Assembly: GCA_963707915.1 (NCBI GenBank)
Contig: OY970178.1
Location: 1,344,001-1,408,000 of the forward strand
Length of the DNA stretch: 64,000 nucleotides
Origin: Candidatus Eiseniibacteriota bacterium
GTDB taxonomy: Bacteria > Eisenbacteria > RBG-16-71-46
Direction: 5' to 3'
Shown in pieces: positions 10,486 to 20,878 of this stretch. The notes below the pieces were generated by a model. The model saw nothing but the letters and a program-made list of their open reading frames with translations. It did no database searches and was not told the DNA's origin. The stretch's first letter is position 1. Every line of letters begins with the position of its first letter. The position numbers and the translations under genes were made by a program.

Positions 10486-11480
10486 GGGACTTCGACCGAG
10501 GCCAGGATCCGGTGGACGATGTCGTCCGTCGTCATCTCCTCCGCCTCGGCCTCGTACGAGAGGATGATGCGATGGCGCAGGACGTCGGCCGCCAGCTCCT
10601 TGATGTCCTCGGGGATGACGAAGCCCCGCCGCCGCAGGAAGGCCATGGCCCGGGCCGCGGTCGTCAGGTAGATGGAGGCCCGCGGCGACGCCCCGAAGCG
10701 GATCAGCGGCCGGAGCTCCGGCAGGCCGTACTTCTCGGGCTCGCGCGTGGCGAACACCAGGTCGATGATGTAGTCCTGGATCTTGCTGTCGATGTAGATC
10801 GACTTGCAGAGCTCGCGCGCCCGGATGATGTCGGCGGGCTCCACCACGGCCGAGATCTTCGGCTCGCCGGCGACCGCGATGCGGTCGACGATCTCGCGCT
10901 CCTCCTGCCGGGTCGGATACGTGATCCTGATCTTCAGCAGGAAGCGGTCGAGCTGCGCCTCGGGAAGCGGGTAGGTCCCCTCCTGCTCGATCGGGTTCTG
11001 GGTGGCCAGGACCAGGAACGGGTCGTCCAGCTTGAAGGTCTTGTCCCCGATCGTGACCTGGCGCTCCTGCATCGCCTCGAGCAGCGCGCTCTGCACCTTG
11101 GGCGGCGTCCGGTTGATCTCGTCGGCGAGGATGAGGTTCGAGAAGATCGGGCCCTTGCTGGTGACGAACTCGCCGGTCTTCTGGTTGTAGATCAGCGTTC
11201 CGATGATGTCGGACGGCAGCAGGTCGGGCGTGAACTGGATGCGCTGGAAGCGGGTCCGCAGCGCGGCCGCCAGGGTCCGGACCGCGTAGGTCTTCGCCAG
11301 GCCCGGCACGCCCTCGATCAGGATGTGTCCGTCGGCCAGCAGGCCGATCAGCAGCCGGGTCACCAGGTACTGCTGGCCGACGATGGCCTTGGACACCTCG
11401 GCGGTGATGGTCTGGACGACGATGCTCTCCTTCTCGATCCGCTCGTGGACCGCCTTGATCTCGTCTGTCTGGATCTCCAT
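10482..11480 (-). CDS. moxR: MoxR family AAA+ ATPase
   Basis: Walker A EGVPGLAKT, RIQFTPDLLPSD, LADEINR, ATQNPIEQEGTYPLPEAQLDRF, GASPRA. GGAGG RBS before ATG 11480. Confidence 0.93.
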   Translation of the reverse strand: MEIQTDEIKAVHERIEKESIVVQTITAEVSKAIVGQQYLVTRLLIGLLADGHILIEGVPGLAKTYAVRTLAAALRTRFQRIQFTPDLLPSDIIGTLIYNQKTGEFVTSKGPIFSNLILADEINRTPPKVQSALLEAMQERQVTIGDKTFKLDDPFLVLATQNPIEQEGTYPLPEAQLDRFLLKIRITYPTRQEEREIVDRIAVAGEPKISAVVEPADIIRARELCKSIYIDSKIQDYIIDLVFATREPEKYGLPELRPLIRFGASPRASIYLTTAARAMAFLRRRGFVIPEDIKELAADVLRHRIILSYEAEAEEMTTDDIVHRILASVEVP

Positions 11481-11541
11481 CTTCCCTCCGATGTCGCCGG
11501 TTCCGCTCCGTCCGTCCGGGTGCCGGATCCTGCGGGCGTCG

Positions 11542-11572
11542 ATTCTACCGGGCCGGGCTCGGCCCGGGTCAA
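11542..11572 (-). promoter_or_regulatory. Possible sigma70 promoter for the moxR-bat operon
   Basis: Minus strand TTGACC-N19-TAGAAT; the spacer is longer than ideal. Confidence 0.35.
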
Positions 11573-11744
11573 GGCTGCGCAAACTCGCGGCAACGCCTTG
11601 GAAAAATCCCGCGGCGGTCCGGCCTCCCGGCCGCCGCGCGTCCCCGCCCGCCCGCTCCCGCGAATCGAAACGGCCTGCCCGCCGTGGCATCCGGCGGGCA
11701 GGCCCGTGTCGCTGCCGAGCCCCGGGCGACGCCCGGTCCCGGTG

Positions 11745-12833
11745 CTACGAATTGCGCTTCTGGAAGTCCGCCATGAACTGGGCGAGGCGCTCGGCGCCCT
11801 CGACCGGCATGGCGTTGTACATCGATGCGCGGCAACCGCCGACCGAGCGGTGGCCCTTGAGGCCCGACATCTCGGCCTTGCTCGCCTCGGCGATGAACTT
11901 CTCCTCGAGCTCCTCGCTCGGCAGCCGGAAGACGACGTTCATCCGCGAGCGGGACGCCTTCTCCACCGGCGAGCGGAACCAGCCGCTGGAACCGTCGATG
12001 GCCGCGTAGAGGATGTCCGAGCGCCGGCCCGCGCGCCGGTCCATCTCGGCCAGGCCGCCCACGGACTTCACCCAGTCCAGGTTGAGCTTCATCATGTAGA
12101 TCGCGAACACCGCGGGCGTGTTGTACATCGACTTGTCCGGCACGTGGCTCTTGTAGGCCAGGTAGGCCGGCATGTCCTCCCGGCACTGCTCGAGCAGGTC
12201 CTTGCGGATGATGACGACCGTGTTGCCCGCCGGACCGAGGTTCTTCTGCGCGCCGCCGTAGATCAGGGCGAAGCGCGCGAACGGCACCGGGCGGGAGAGG
12301 ATGTCCGAGCTCATGTCGGCGACCAGCGGGACCGCGCCGGTGTCCGGGTACTCGCCGAACTCGATGCCGCCGATGGTCTCGTTGCTGGTGACGTGCAGGT
12401 AGGCGGCGTCGGCGCCGGCCCTGAGCTCGGCGGCCTTCGGCATGCGCGTGAACTTGTTCGCCTCGTCGGTCCACACCACCCGGGTCGGGCCGACCTTCTT
12501 CGCGTCGGAGATGCCCTTCTTGGCCCAGGCGCCGGTGTTCACGTACTCGAAGGTCTTGCCCTCGGCGCGCAGGTTCATCGGCACCATCCCGAACTGCAGC
12601 GTGGCCCCGCCCTGCAGGAACAGGATCTCGAACGTGTCGGGCACGCCGAAGACCTCGCGCAGCGACTCCAGGGCCTGGTTGTGCACCGCGTCGTATTGCT
12701 TGCCGCGGTGGCTCATCTCGATGAGCGACATGCCCGAGCCGCCGTACTCCACGAACTCGCCGGCGGCCTTCTCCAGCGCCGGCAGCGGCAGCGTGCACGG
12801 CCCGGCGGCGAAATTGAAGATCCTCTTCGTCAT
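11745..12833 (-). CDS. serC: Phosphoserine aminotransferase
   Basis: FNFAAGP, EMSHR, LQGGATLQF, DMSS, GAQKNLGPAG (PLP Lys), GHRSVGGCRASMYNA. Confidence 0.95.
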   Translation of the reverse strand: MTKRIFNFAAGPCTLPLPALEKAAGEFVEYGGSGMSLIEMSHRGKQYDAVHNQALESLREVFGVPDTFEILFLQGGATLQFGMVPMNLRAEGKTFEYVNTGAWAKKGISDAKKVGPTRVVWTDEANKFTRMPKAAELRAGADAAYLHVTSNETIGGIEFGEYPDTGAVPLVADMSSDILSRPVPFARFALIYGGAQKNLGPAGNTVVIIRKDLLEQCREDMPAYLAYKSHVPDKSMYNTPAVFAIYMMKLNLDWVKSVGGLAEMDRRAGRRSDILYAAIDGSSGWFRSPVEKASRSRMNVVFRLPSEELEEKFIAEASKAEMSGLKGHRSVGGCRASMYNAMPVEGAERLAQFMADFQKRNS

Positions 12834-12843
12834 CTTCCGCTCC

Positions 12844-13716
12844 TCACTTGCTCGCCCGCTTCTCGAGGATGTCGACCACCGTGTCGCCGATGCGCAGGAG
12901 GTTCTCCTTGCTCGACGCGCCGAGGTGCGGCATCACCACCGTGTTCGGCGCACCCACGATTGGGCTGCCGTAGATCTCGTCCTTGTACCAGACGTCCGTA
13001 CCGTAGCCGCCGAGCTGGCCCGAGTTCAGGGCCTCCACGATGTCCTCCTCGACGACGCACTTGCCGCGCCCGGTGTTGATCAGGATCGCGCCCTTCTTCA
13101 TCTTCGCGATCGTCTGCCGGTTGATCATGCCCCGGGTCTCGTCGGTGAGCGGCGTGTGCAGCGACAGGTAGTCGGACTCGGCCAGCACCGCGTCGAGCGG
13201 CTTGACCTGGGCGATGGCGTGCTGGGTCACGACCTTGTCGGCGGCCACGACCTTCATGCCGAAGGCCTGGGCGCGCTTCGCCACTTCCGTGCCGATGCGG
13301 CCGATGCCGATCAGCCCGAGCGTCTTCTGGTACAGCTCGGTGCGCTTGAGCTCCGACTTGAGGAACTTGCCGGCCACGATGCCGTTGTGCCCCTCGACCA
13401 GGCGGCTCGGGATGGCGATCATCAGCGCCATCGCCAACTCGGCCACCGCCACCGACGAGGCCTCCGGCGTGTTCACGGCCGTGATGCCCTTCTCCTTGCA
13501 GTACGCCGCGTCGATGTTGTCCATGCCGACGCCGCCGCGGATGAAGAGCTTCACGTTCCGGGCCTGGTCGATGTACGCGCGGTCGGCCTTGGTCTTGGAG
13601 CGGACCAGGATGACGTCCGCCTCGGCGACCCGCGCGGGATCGTCGAACACCTCGCCGAACTTCTCCAGGCGCTTGGGCAACCCCTTGTCGAAGGCGTCAG
13701 CGATCAGGATCTTCAT
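12844..13716 (-). CDS. serA: D-3-phosphoglycerate dehydrogenase, short form without ACT domain
   Basis: GVGMDNID, GIGRIG Rossmann motif, INTGRG, PHLGAS; adjacent to serC. Confidence 0.85.
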   Translation of the reverse strand: MKILIADAFDKGLPKRLEKFGEVFDDPARVAEADVILVRSKTKADRAYIDQARNVKLFIRGGVGMDNIDAAYCKEKGITAVNTPEASSVAVAELAMALMIAIPSRLVEGHNGIVAGKFLKSELKRTELYQKTLGLIGIGRIGTEVAKRAQAFGMKVVAADKVVTQHAIAQVKPLDAVLAESDYLSLHTPLTDETRGMINRQTIAKMKKGAILINTGRGKCVVEEDIVEALNSGQLGGYGTDVWYKDEIYGSPIVGAPNTVVMPHLGASSKENLLRIGDTVVDILEKRASK

Positions 13717-13767
13717 GGCTCTCTCTCCTCCCTGGACGGCGACCACGTACCAAGTCAGACTGGCTGG

Positions 13768-13796
13768 AATCTACTGAGTACGGCGCGGGATGACAA
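13768..13796 (-). promoter_or_regulatory. Sigma70-like promoter for serA-serC
   Basis: Minus strand TTGTCA-N17-TAGATT, about 50 bp upstream of the serA start. Confidence 0.6.
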
Positions 13797-13915
13797 CCCC
13801 GGGCGGGGCCCGGTGACGCGGTGGATCCGCGGCCCGCGCCGGAGGTCCGCCCGGCCGGGCGATGGCCTGCACGGGCGGCGCTGGAATGGCCCGGCCGCCT
13901 CCCCGGCAGGCCCCG

Positions 13916-14743
13916 TCAGGGCAGCAGGACCACGCGCCGGGACGTGACCCGGTCCCCGGCTTCGAGCGTGACCAGGTAGACGCCCGCCGACAGGCGCCCG
14001 CCGGCGTCGTCACGGCCGTCCCACGGCACGGTCCGCGAGCCGGCGGCGCACCAGCCGTCCGCCAGTCGGCGGACGGTGCGGCCCTGGACGTCGCGCACGG
14101 TGAGGCGCTGGATGCCCGCGCGGTCCGCACCCACCTCGAAGCGCAGGGCGCCCCGGCCCGGGTTGGGCACGGCGCCCAGCGCGAGAGGCGGCACCGCCCG
14201 GTCGCCGACCCCGGCCGGGGCCGCCACGCCGACGCCGACCAGGGCGCCGGTGGCGTGGACCGGTTTCACGTACATCCCGGCCCGGTAGAACTGCAATGCG
14301 ACGATCTGCACCGTGGTCACCTGCGGGGTGTCCGCGGCCCGGAAGCGGAGCCGGTACAACGGGCCCGGCCCGGGGAGATAGACGCCGTCGCACAGCAGCG
14401 CGTCCGAGATGGTGTCGGTGCTCGCGCCCCGGCCGAAGACGTGGAAGGTGCTGCCGCACGCCTCCTTCATGTACGAGCCTTCCTGGAGGGAGAACGGCGA
14501 GAGCGGTACGAAGGTCAGCGCGGCGGGGTCCCACGAGACGACGGCCCGGAACGCGTTGAAGAGGTCGCCCGCCTCGGTGCATTGCAGGACCAGTTCGAAC
14601 TCCGCCCCCGGAGCGACGGTCTGCCCGGTGGGAAGCAGCGCGGCCGTCACGCCGTCGGCGCGGAGGGCGGCCGGAGCAGCGCACAGCCCGGCCGCGGCCG
14701 CGAGCGCGACCGCGATCGCCCTTCGGAACCGTGCCAGCGCCAT
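13916..14743 (-). CDS. Secreted cohesin-like domain + FlgD Ig-like (T9SS-CTD-like) protein
   Basis: Signal peptide; VAPGAEFELVL...VSWDPAALTF...LYRLRFRA cohesin-like pattern; C-terminal PNP...DVQGRTVRRL...WDGRDDAG...GVY. Paralog of 29248-30108. Confidence 0.75.
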   Translation of the reverse strand: MALARFRRAIAVALAAAAGLCAAPAALRADGVTAALLPTGQTVAPGAEFELVLQCTEAGDLFNAFRAVVSWDPAALTFVPLSPFSLQEGSYMKEACGSTFHVFGRGASTDTISDALLCDGVYLPGPGPLYRLRFRAADTPQVTTVQIVALQFYRAGMYVKPVHATGALVGVGVAAPAGVGDRAVPPLALGAVPNPGRGALRFEVGADRAGIQRLTVRDVQGRTVRRLADGWCAAGSRTVPWDGRDDAGGRLSAGVYLVTLEAGDRVTSRRVVLLP

Positions 14744-14806
14744 GGCTGCCTCCCGTCGGCCCCCGCGGGCCCGCGCGCCTCGCGCGCCGCGCCCGCGGCC
14801 GGCCCG

Positions 14807-17800
14807 CTACCTGAGATACGTCAGCGTCCGCGTGAATCCACGCTGCGCGGCCCTCAGGCGCACGTAGTAGACCCCCGCCGACATCGCGTGGCCCCGCTCA
14901 TCGCGACCGTCCCAGGTCACCCGGTATTCGCCCGGCTCGCGGGACTCCCGCACCAGGGTCCTCACCCGCCGCCCGTCCACCGAGAAGACCGCCAGCTCGA
15001 CCGGCCCGCCCTGGGCCAGGCTGAAGGCGATCGCCGTGGCCTCGCGGAACGGGTTCGGCGCCGCCGGGGCCAGCTGGGTGACCGTCGGCAGCGCCCTCGG
15101 CACGCGCAACGACGTGGCGAGGCTCACCGGTCGGTTCCGCGCATCGCGCGCGTCGACCGAGGCCAGCCGGATCTTCGGATCGCCGGCGGCGAGGGCGCGG
15201 AAGGTCACCGTGGCGGCCACGCCGTCGCCCCGGAATCCCGCACCCGGGCCGAGGACCGCGGCGTCCACCGCCCCGGGCGCGGCGGACAGCACCAGCGCGC
15301 CCAGGCTCCCGGCCAGCTCGCCCGCCCCCCAGCCCACCGGCGTCACCACGGCGGGATCCCACGCCAGCCTGGCCGCCAGGCACTGCACCGCGCCGGTGCC
15401 GCGCATCCGCAGGCCCACCTGCACGTCCCCGCCCTCCGCGACGCGGTCCACCGTCTCGAGCATCAGCTCGTCGCGGTCCGCCGCGACCGGCAGCGCGGAG
15501 GCCTGGGGCGCCGTGACGCGAGCGAAGGTCATCGCGAATACCACCAGGTCCTCGAAGTCCAGGATGTTGTCGGTGGTCGGCAGCGTGTTCGCCGAGTAGT
15601 CGGCGGTCGGTCCGACGTCCAGCGCCGTGTACCGGGAGCCCGCGACCAGCGTCGTCCCGTAGTGGGCGCCGAGCAGGGAGACGTCGGCGACGTCCACGCG
15701 GTCGTCCCCGGCGAGCAGCGAGTCCGCCGGGTCCACCACGTCGCCGAGGTGGTAGTTGAGCGTGCCCGTGGTCATGTTCGACACCGCCGAGTGCGAGCCG
15801 TACCGGTCGGTCACGACGGCGACGTAGTAGTAGAAGTCACGCAGCGGGACCAGGTCGTCGTGCGACGTGCCGGGCGACGCGACCGCGGCCGCGCGCGTCC
15901 AGCGTCCGGCCGGCGGATACGCCGTCGGCAGCGGCGGCACCGAGCCCGGGACGGGCCCGTCGTCGTACTCCGGGTAGTTGCCGAACCCGGCCCGGTAGAT
16001 CTCGACCGTGTCGCCCTCCCCCACCGCCGGCCAGGCGATGCCGATCGCCGTGGTGCTGCCCGGGGCGTTGCCGGTCTTGCGCTGTGTCGCGGTCAGCAGG
16101 GTGATCCCCGGCACCGCCGGGTTCACCGCGAAGGTCACCCGGATGGCGTGGTCCGCCCGCACGTCCGCGACCGTGTAGGGGCTCGCCGGGCCGACCGGGA
16201 CACCGTCCACCAGCAGGCTGTCGAGGTGGTACCCGGCGTCCGCGGTCGAGGTGAACGCCTGGCTCCCGCCGTACTCCACCGCCACCGCTCCGCCGGGGGA
16301 GATCGAGCCGTGGGCCCCCGCGCTCGCCGTGATGGTGAAGACGTCGATCGCGAACGTGGCGTGGAGGGTGTGGTCGGTGGTCACGTGGGTGAACGTGTAG
16401 CCCGTCGCCGGCGCCACCGGGCTGCCGTCCACGAAGAGGCTGTCGAGGTGGTACCCGGTCGCGGGCGTGATGGCGAAGCCGCGGTCCGCGCCGTAGTCCA
16501 CCGGCACCAGCCCGGCCGGGTCGATCCCGCCGTTCGGTCCGGCGCTCGCCGCGATGGTGAACACGTCGATCGCGAACGTGGCGTGGAGGGTGTGGTCGGT
16601 GGTCACGTTGGTGAACGTGTAGCTCGTCGCCGGCGCCACCGGTGCGCCGTCCACGTAGAGGCTGTCCACGTGGTAGCCGGTCCCCGGCGTGAGGGCGAAG
16701 CCCAGGCTGGAGCCGTGCGCCACGGTCACCGGGCCGCTCGGGTCGATCGCCCCGTGGGCCCCCGCGCTCGCCACGATCGAGTAGTAGTTGATGGCGAATG
16801 TCACGTGGATCGCGTGTCCGGCCTGCAGGTCGGTGAACGTGTAGCCCGGCGCCGGGGCGACCGGCACGCCGTCCACGTACAGGCTGTCCACGTGGTAGCC
16901 GGTCTCCGGCGCGAATGCGAAGGCCTGGTCCTCGCCGCGGGTGACGCCCACGGTCCCCGCCGGGCTGATGCCGCCGTGGGGACCCGCGGTCGCGGTGATC
17001 GTGAAGTCGTTGACCGCGAACGTCACGTGGATGGCGTGGCCGGCCGTCACGTTCGTGAACGTGTGACTCGTCGCCGGGGCGACCGGCACGCCGTCCACGT
17101 ACAGGCTGTCCACGTGGTAGCCCGCATCCGGCGTCAGCGTGAAGCCCTGGTCCGCGCCGTGGTCCACCGTCACCGGCCCGCTCGGGTCGATCGCACCGTG
17201 CGCCCCGGCGCTCGCCATGATCGTGTAGGTGTCGATCGCGAAGGTGGCGCGGATGGAGTGGTCCGCCGTCACGTTCGTGAACGTGTGACTCGTCGCCGGG
17301 GCGACCGGCACGTCATCCACGGTGAGGCTGTCCACGTGGTAGCCCGACGAGGGGCTGATCGCGAACCCCTGGTCCGCGCCGTAGTCCACCGCGACCCCCC
17401 CGCTCGGGTCGATCGTCCCGTGCGCGCCCGCGCTGGCCGCGATCGTGAAACGGTCGATGGCGAACGTGACGCGCACGGCGTGGTCGGACTGCACGTCGGC
17501 AAGCGAGAAGGGCAGCACCACCGGCACCGGGACGCCGTCCACGGTCAGGCTGTCCACGTGGTAACCCGGGTCCGGCGTGATCGTGTAGGGCTGGGTCGCG
17601 CCGTGCTCGACCGAGGCGCTCGGCGGGGCGATCGAACCGTGCGGACCCGCGGTGGCGGTCAGCGAGTAGAGCCCGATCGTGAAGTCGGCGTCGCTGGCGT
17701 CCGTGGCCGAGTTGCCATTCACGTCGTGCGCGGTCACGCGCACGCGGACCGTCGTGGAGAGCGTGTTCGGCACCGTCCAGAGGTGGGAGCCGGAGTTCGC

Positions 17801-20746
17801 GATGCCGGTCGCGATGGCGGCCGTGTAGCTCGCGCCGCCGTCGGTCGAGTAGGCCAGGTCCACGCTCCCCACGCCGGCGTCGTCGGTCGCGGTCCACGTG
17901 ATGCTGTGTGGCGAGCCGACGGCCCAGGACTGCCCGCCGTTCGGCGCGGTGACCGTCACCGCCGGGGCCGAGTGGTCGATGCGCACCTCGGCCGCGGTCC
18001 CGACCGCCGCCGGCAGTTTCGAGTCGTCGCAGGTGCCGAGCGACCAGCGCAGCACCGTGACGGTGTCCACCGCGCTCGCGGCCGCGCTCGACAACGCCAC
18101 GTCGAACAGCGTGGCGAGCGCCTGGTCGGAGCCGCACGGGCCGGCCACGACCGCGCCGTCCGCGCGGTACAGCCCGCCGCCGAGGTCGGTGGCCTGGAAG
18201 CTGGTGGTGCGCCCGCCGCCGGCGAGGAAGTCCCCCTCGGTGATGCTGCCCACGCCCGCGGGCAGGGCCAGGTGCGAGGAGAGCCGGAACGTCACGCTGA
18301 AGGTCCGGGCCAGGCTCGCGCCGCTCCGCGAGACCCGGACGGGCACGGTCACGGTCGGGTGGTCCGGCGAGATCGTGGTGGGCGGGGCCACCGCGTCCGC
18401 CGTGGCCGCGGGCTCGTCCACCATGAACGTCGCCCGGATGCTGTGGGCTTCGGTCACGCCCGTGAACCGGTAGGTCGTGTCCGGCGCGACCACCGTCCCG
18501 TCCACGACCAGGCTGTCGACCTGGTAGCCCGCATCCGGGGTGATGGCGAAGGCCTGGTCCGCCCCGTGAGGCACCGCCACGGACGGCGACGGGCTGATCG
18601 CGCCGTGGGCGCCCGCGCTCGAGACGACCGGGTAGGTGTTGATGGCGAAGGTGGCCCGGATCGTGTGGGGCGCGGTGACGTTCGTGAACGTGTAGGTGCT
18701 CTCCGGCGTCACCGGCGATTCGTCCACGTAGAGGCTGTCCAGGTGGTGGCCCACCGCGGGCGTCATCGTGAACACGATCGATCCGCCGTTCACCACCGAG
18801 ACCTCGCCCGCGGGATCGATGGTCCCGTTCGGGCCGGCGCTCGCCGTGATGGTCCGGCCGGTGGTCTGGCCGATGGCGAAGTCCCCGAACCCGTCGGCTC
18901 CCAGCACCTGCGTGCTCGTGGAGGCCCGCGTCCCGACCGCCGGGTACGACCAGGCGCCACCCTCGCGCCGGCCGACGATGAAGATCCCGGGGTCGGCACC
19001 CCCCTGCAGGTCGCCGCCCGTGAAGTGGAAGGTCGCGTCGTAGGGCCCGGTCACGCCGCCGCTCAGCAGCGTCCAGGCGCGCTTCACGTACCGGGCCTGG
19101 CTGATCATCGAGGAGGCGAGGTCCGGCGGCACCTCCGCCGCGACCCCGACCGTGAGGTCGCCCGCGCCCGTGCCGTCGCCGAAGGTCAGCTCCACCGGCG
19201 TGTAGTCGGTCGCGTCGCCGATCTCGAACACCGGGACCGAGGCCCCCGCGGGCACCGCGCGCTGCAGTCGGCCGACGACGTAGCCGCCGCCCGAACGCGT
19301 GAGGCTCGAACCGGCCGGCAGGATGACCTTGTTGCCGCCGGTCGTGATCCGGCCCGCGCCGAGGGCCAGCGTGCCGTTGACGGTCAGGTCGCCGGAGCCC
19401 AGCGCCATCCCGCCGCCGTCGAACGTCAGGTTCCCGGGCACGGTCCGCGGAGCGTCCGGCAGGGTCACCACGCCCTGCTCGACCACGACGTGCTGCGGGA
19501 CGCCCGCGCCGGCGGCGCCGCCCGCTCCGCTCCACTCGGGTCCCACGGCGGTGCCGCCCGGCGCGTTGTAGACCAGGTTCGAGTTCCCGCCGTAGGTCGG
19601 CGCGACGGCGAGCGAGCCGCCGGTGTCGATCCGGAGCGTGCCGTTGACCGCGGTCGTCCCGCTGTTCGTCAGCGGGGCCGCGATGGCCAGCAGGGCGCCT
19701 TCGTTCACGGTCGTCGTGCCCGGCAGGGTGAGCGCGCTCTGGACGAAGACACCGCCGGGATTGCCCACCGTGACGTTCGCGAGACCGTTGAACGTGAGCG
19801 TGCCGCCGTTGGAGACGGTCTGCGCCGAGGTCCCGCCCAGGGAAATCGCGGCCGCGGCGGTCGGGTTGAAGTCGAGAGTCGCGCCCGGGGCGACGGTGAG
19901 GTCCCCCTTGATCACGACGCTCAGGAGCTGCAGGTGCGCCGCCCCCGAGGTCATCGTGAAGTTGTCGCAGGTGAAGGGGGGCGTCCCCGTCGAGATCCGG
20001 TTGTACGCCGCGAAGTCGATCTCGAAGTCCGCGCAGGCGCGGTTGGCGAAGCTGGGGGCGGAGTTCTGCCGGAACGAGAACAGGCTCCCGCTCTGGAAAT
20101 TGACCTTCGAGTTGGGCGCGGAGAGCCCGTAGGGATTGGCGCCCGCCAGCTGGATGAACGACGAGCCCGAGGTGAACAGGATGACGTTCGCCGTCCCGGA
20201 ACTGGTGAAGACGTTGCCGGTGCAGCCGATCCCCTGGGTGAACGTCGCGCCGCTGCCGAACTGGATGGCGCTGACGCTGGCCGCGTCGAGCTTGTGGGGG
20301 CCGCCCGAGAAGGTCATCGCCCCGCCGACGGCGCCGGTCGCACCCGCGGAGAGCGCGAGGGTGAGCACGGTCGCGCCGCTCACGTTGAGCTGCGTGCCGG
20401 CCGGCACGGACAGGTCGGTTCCCGGCCCGCCGGAGATGGTGAGCACGTTGGTCGCGCCCGCCTGGAGGGTCACCGCCGAGCCGTTGGACACGAGCAACTG
20501 CTGGATCGACAGGGCCGGGACCGCCGTCACGGTGAACGTGCCGCCGCTGCCGAACTGGACGACGTCGCCTGCCGCCGGGGCCCCGCTCGGAGTCCAGTTC
20601 CCGGCCAGGGTCCACGCGCCGCCGCCGGCGTTGTTCCAGCTCTTCGTGGCCGCCCCGGCCGCGGCGCCGAACGCGACGCTGAGGGCCGCCATGAGGCCGG
20701 CGATGACCGCCAGCCGGGTTCCGAAACGACTCGCCGAGGTGTTCAC
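14807..20746 (-). CDS. Large secreted surface protein: beta-helix-like N-terminus, 9 InlB-B/Flg_new-like repeats, Ig-like, cohesin-like, dockerin-like and FlgD-Ig domains
   Basis: GTG start at 20746 with GGAGG RBS. Signal peptide; SWNNAGGGAW...NWTP; G/T/N-rich beta-helix pattern; 74-aa repeats; YPEYDD; GDV..VDVADVSLLG; PNPF...WDGRDE tail. Confidence 0.85.
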   Translation of the reverse strand: MNTSASRFGTRLAVIAGLMAALSVAFGAAAGAATKSWNNAGGGAWTLAGNWTPSGAPAAGDVVQFGSGGTFTVTAVPALSIQQLLVSNGSAVTLQAGATNVLTISGGPGTDLSVPAGTQLNVSGATVLTLALSAGATGAVGGAMTFSGGPHKLDAASVSAIQFGSGATFTQGIGCTGNVFTSSGTANVILFTSGSSFIQLAGANPYGLSAPNSKVNFQSGSLFSFRQNSAPSFANRACADFEIDFAAYNRISTGTPPFTCDNFTMTSGAAHLQLLSVVIKGDLTVAPGATLDFNPTAAAAISLGGTSAQTVSNGGTLTFNGLANVTVGNPGGVFVQSALTLPGTTTVNEGALLAIAAPLTNSGTTAVNGTLRIDTGGSLAVAPTYGGNSNLVYNAPGGTAVGPEWSGAGGAAGAGVPQHVVVEQGVVTLPDAPRTVPGNLTFDGGGMALGSGDLTVNGTLALGAGRITTGGNKVILPAGSSLTRSGGGYVVGRLQRAVPAGASVPVFEIGDATDYTPVELTFGDGTGAGDLTVGVAAEVPPDLASSMISQARYVKRAWTLLSGGVTGPYDATFHFTGGDLQGGADPGIFIVGRREGGAWSYPAVGTRASTSTQVLGADGFGDFAIGQTTGRTITASAGPNGTIDPAGEVSVVNGGSIVFTMTPAVGHHLDSLYVDESPVTPESTYTFTNVTAPHTIRATFAINTYPVVSSAGAHGAISPSPSVAVPHGADQAFAITPDAGYQVDSLVVDGTVVAPDTTYRFTGVTEAHSIRATFMVDEPAATADAVAPPTTISPDHPTVTVPVRVSRSGASLARTFSVTFRLSSHLALPAGVGSITEGDFLAGGGRTTSFQATDLGGGLYRADGAVVAGPCGSDQALATLFDVALSSAAASAVDTVTVLRWSLGTCDDSKLPAAVGTAAEVRIDHSAPAVTVTAPNGGQSWAVGSPHSITWTATDDAGVGSVDLAYSTDGGASYTAAIATGIANSGSHLWTVPNTLSTTVRVRVTAHDVNGNSATDASDADFTIGLYSLTATAGPHGSIAPPSASVEHGATQPYTITPDPGYHVDSLTVDGVPVPVVLPFSLADVQSDHAVRVTFAIDRFTIAASAGAHGTIDPSGGVAVDYGADQGFAISPSSGYHVDSLTVDDVPVAPATSHTFTNVTADHSIRATFAIDTYTIMASAGAHGAIDPSGPVTVDHGADQGFTLTPDAGYHVDSLYVDGVPVAPATSHTFTNVTAGHAIHVTFAVNDFTITATAGPHGGISPAGTVGVTRGEDQAFAFAPETGYHVDSLYVDGVPVAPAPGYTFTDLQAGHAIHVTFAINYYSIVASAGAHGAIDPSGPVTVAHGSSLGFALTPGTGYHVDSLYVDGAPVAPATSYTFTNVTTDHTLHATFAIDVFTIAASAGPNGGIDPAGLVPVDYGADRGFAITPATGYHLDSLFVDGSPVAPATGYTFTHVTTDHTLHATFAIDVFTITASAGAHGSISPGGAVAVEYGGSQAFTSTADAGYHLDSLLVDGVPVGPASPYTVADVRADHAIRVTFAVNPAVPGITLLTATQRKTGNAPGSTTAIGIAWPAVGEGDTVEIYRAGFGNYPEYDDGPVPGSVPPLPTAYPPAGRWTRAAAVASPGTSHDDLVPLRDFYYYVAVVTDRYGSHSAVSNMTTGTLNYHLGDVVDPADSLLAGDDRVDVADVSLLGAHYGTTLVAGSRYTALDVGPTADYSANTLPTTDNILDFEDLVVFAMTFARVTAPQASALPVAADRDELMLETVDRVAEGGDVQVGLRMRGTGAVQCLAARLAWDPAVVTPVGWGAGELAGSLGALVLSAAPGAVDAAVLGPGAGFRGDGVAATVTFRALAAGDPKIRLASVDARDARNRPVSLATSLRVPRALPTVTQLAPAAPNPFREATAIAFSLAQGGPVELAVFSVDGRRVRTLVRESREPGEYRVTWDGRDERGHAMSAGVYYVRLRAAQRGFTRTLTYLR
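16125..17670 (-). repeat. Seven tandem 222-bp (74-aa) coding repeats; two further copies at ~18420-18855
   Basis: Consensus FTIxASAGxHGxIxPxGxVxVxxGxxQxFxxTPxxGYHVDSLxVDGxPVxPATxYTFTxVTxxHxIxxTFAI. An identical ~45-bp block occurs at 16341 and 16563 (offset 222). Confidence 0.9.
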
Positions 20747-20878
20747 AGAGCCTCCAGGAGACACGGCTCCCTGCCGGGACGACGCAGGAACCTGCTCGCT
20801 TCGATCGTTCACTTCTCCACCCTGGGTGCCGCCGTCGATGCGCCCCCGGAGACTCCGTCGCGCCCCGGGGGCCCGGTC

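Noticed and set aside
5866..11690. Long N-terminal extensions in the ORF track (808 aa, 496 aa, 534 aa, 402 aa)
   Set aside because: They overlap upstream genes in other frames. The real starts with family-typical N-termini lie at 7581, 8555, 9508 and 11480.
16125..17670. Regularly spaced repeats resembling a CRISPR array or DGR
   Set aside because: In-frame 222-bp degenerate protein repeats with no unique spacers, cas genes or reverse transcriptase in the window.
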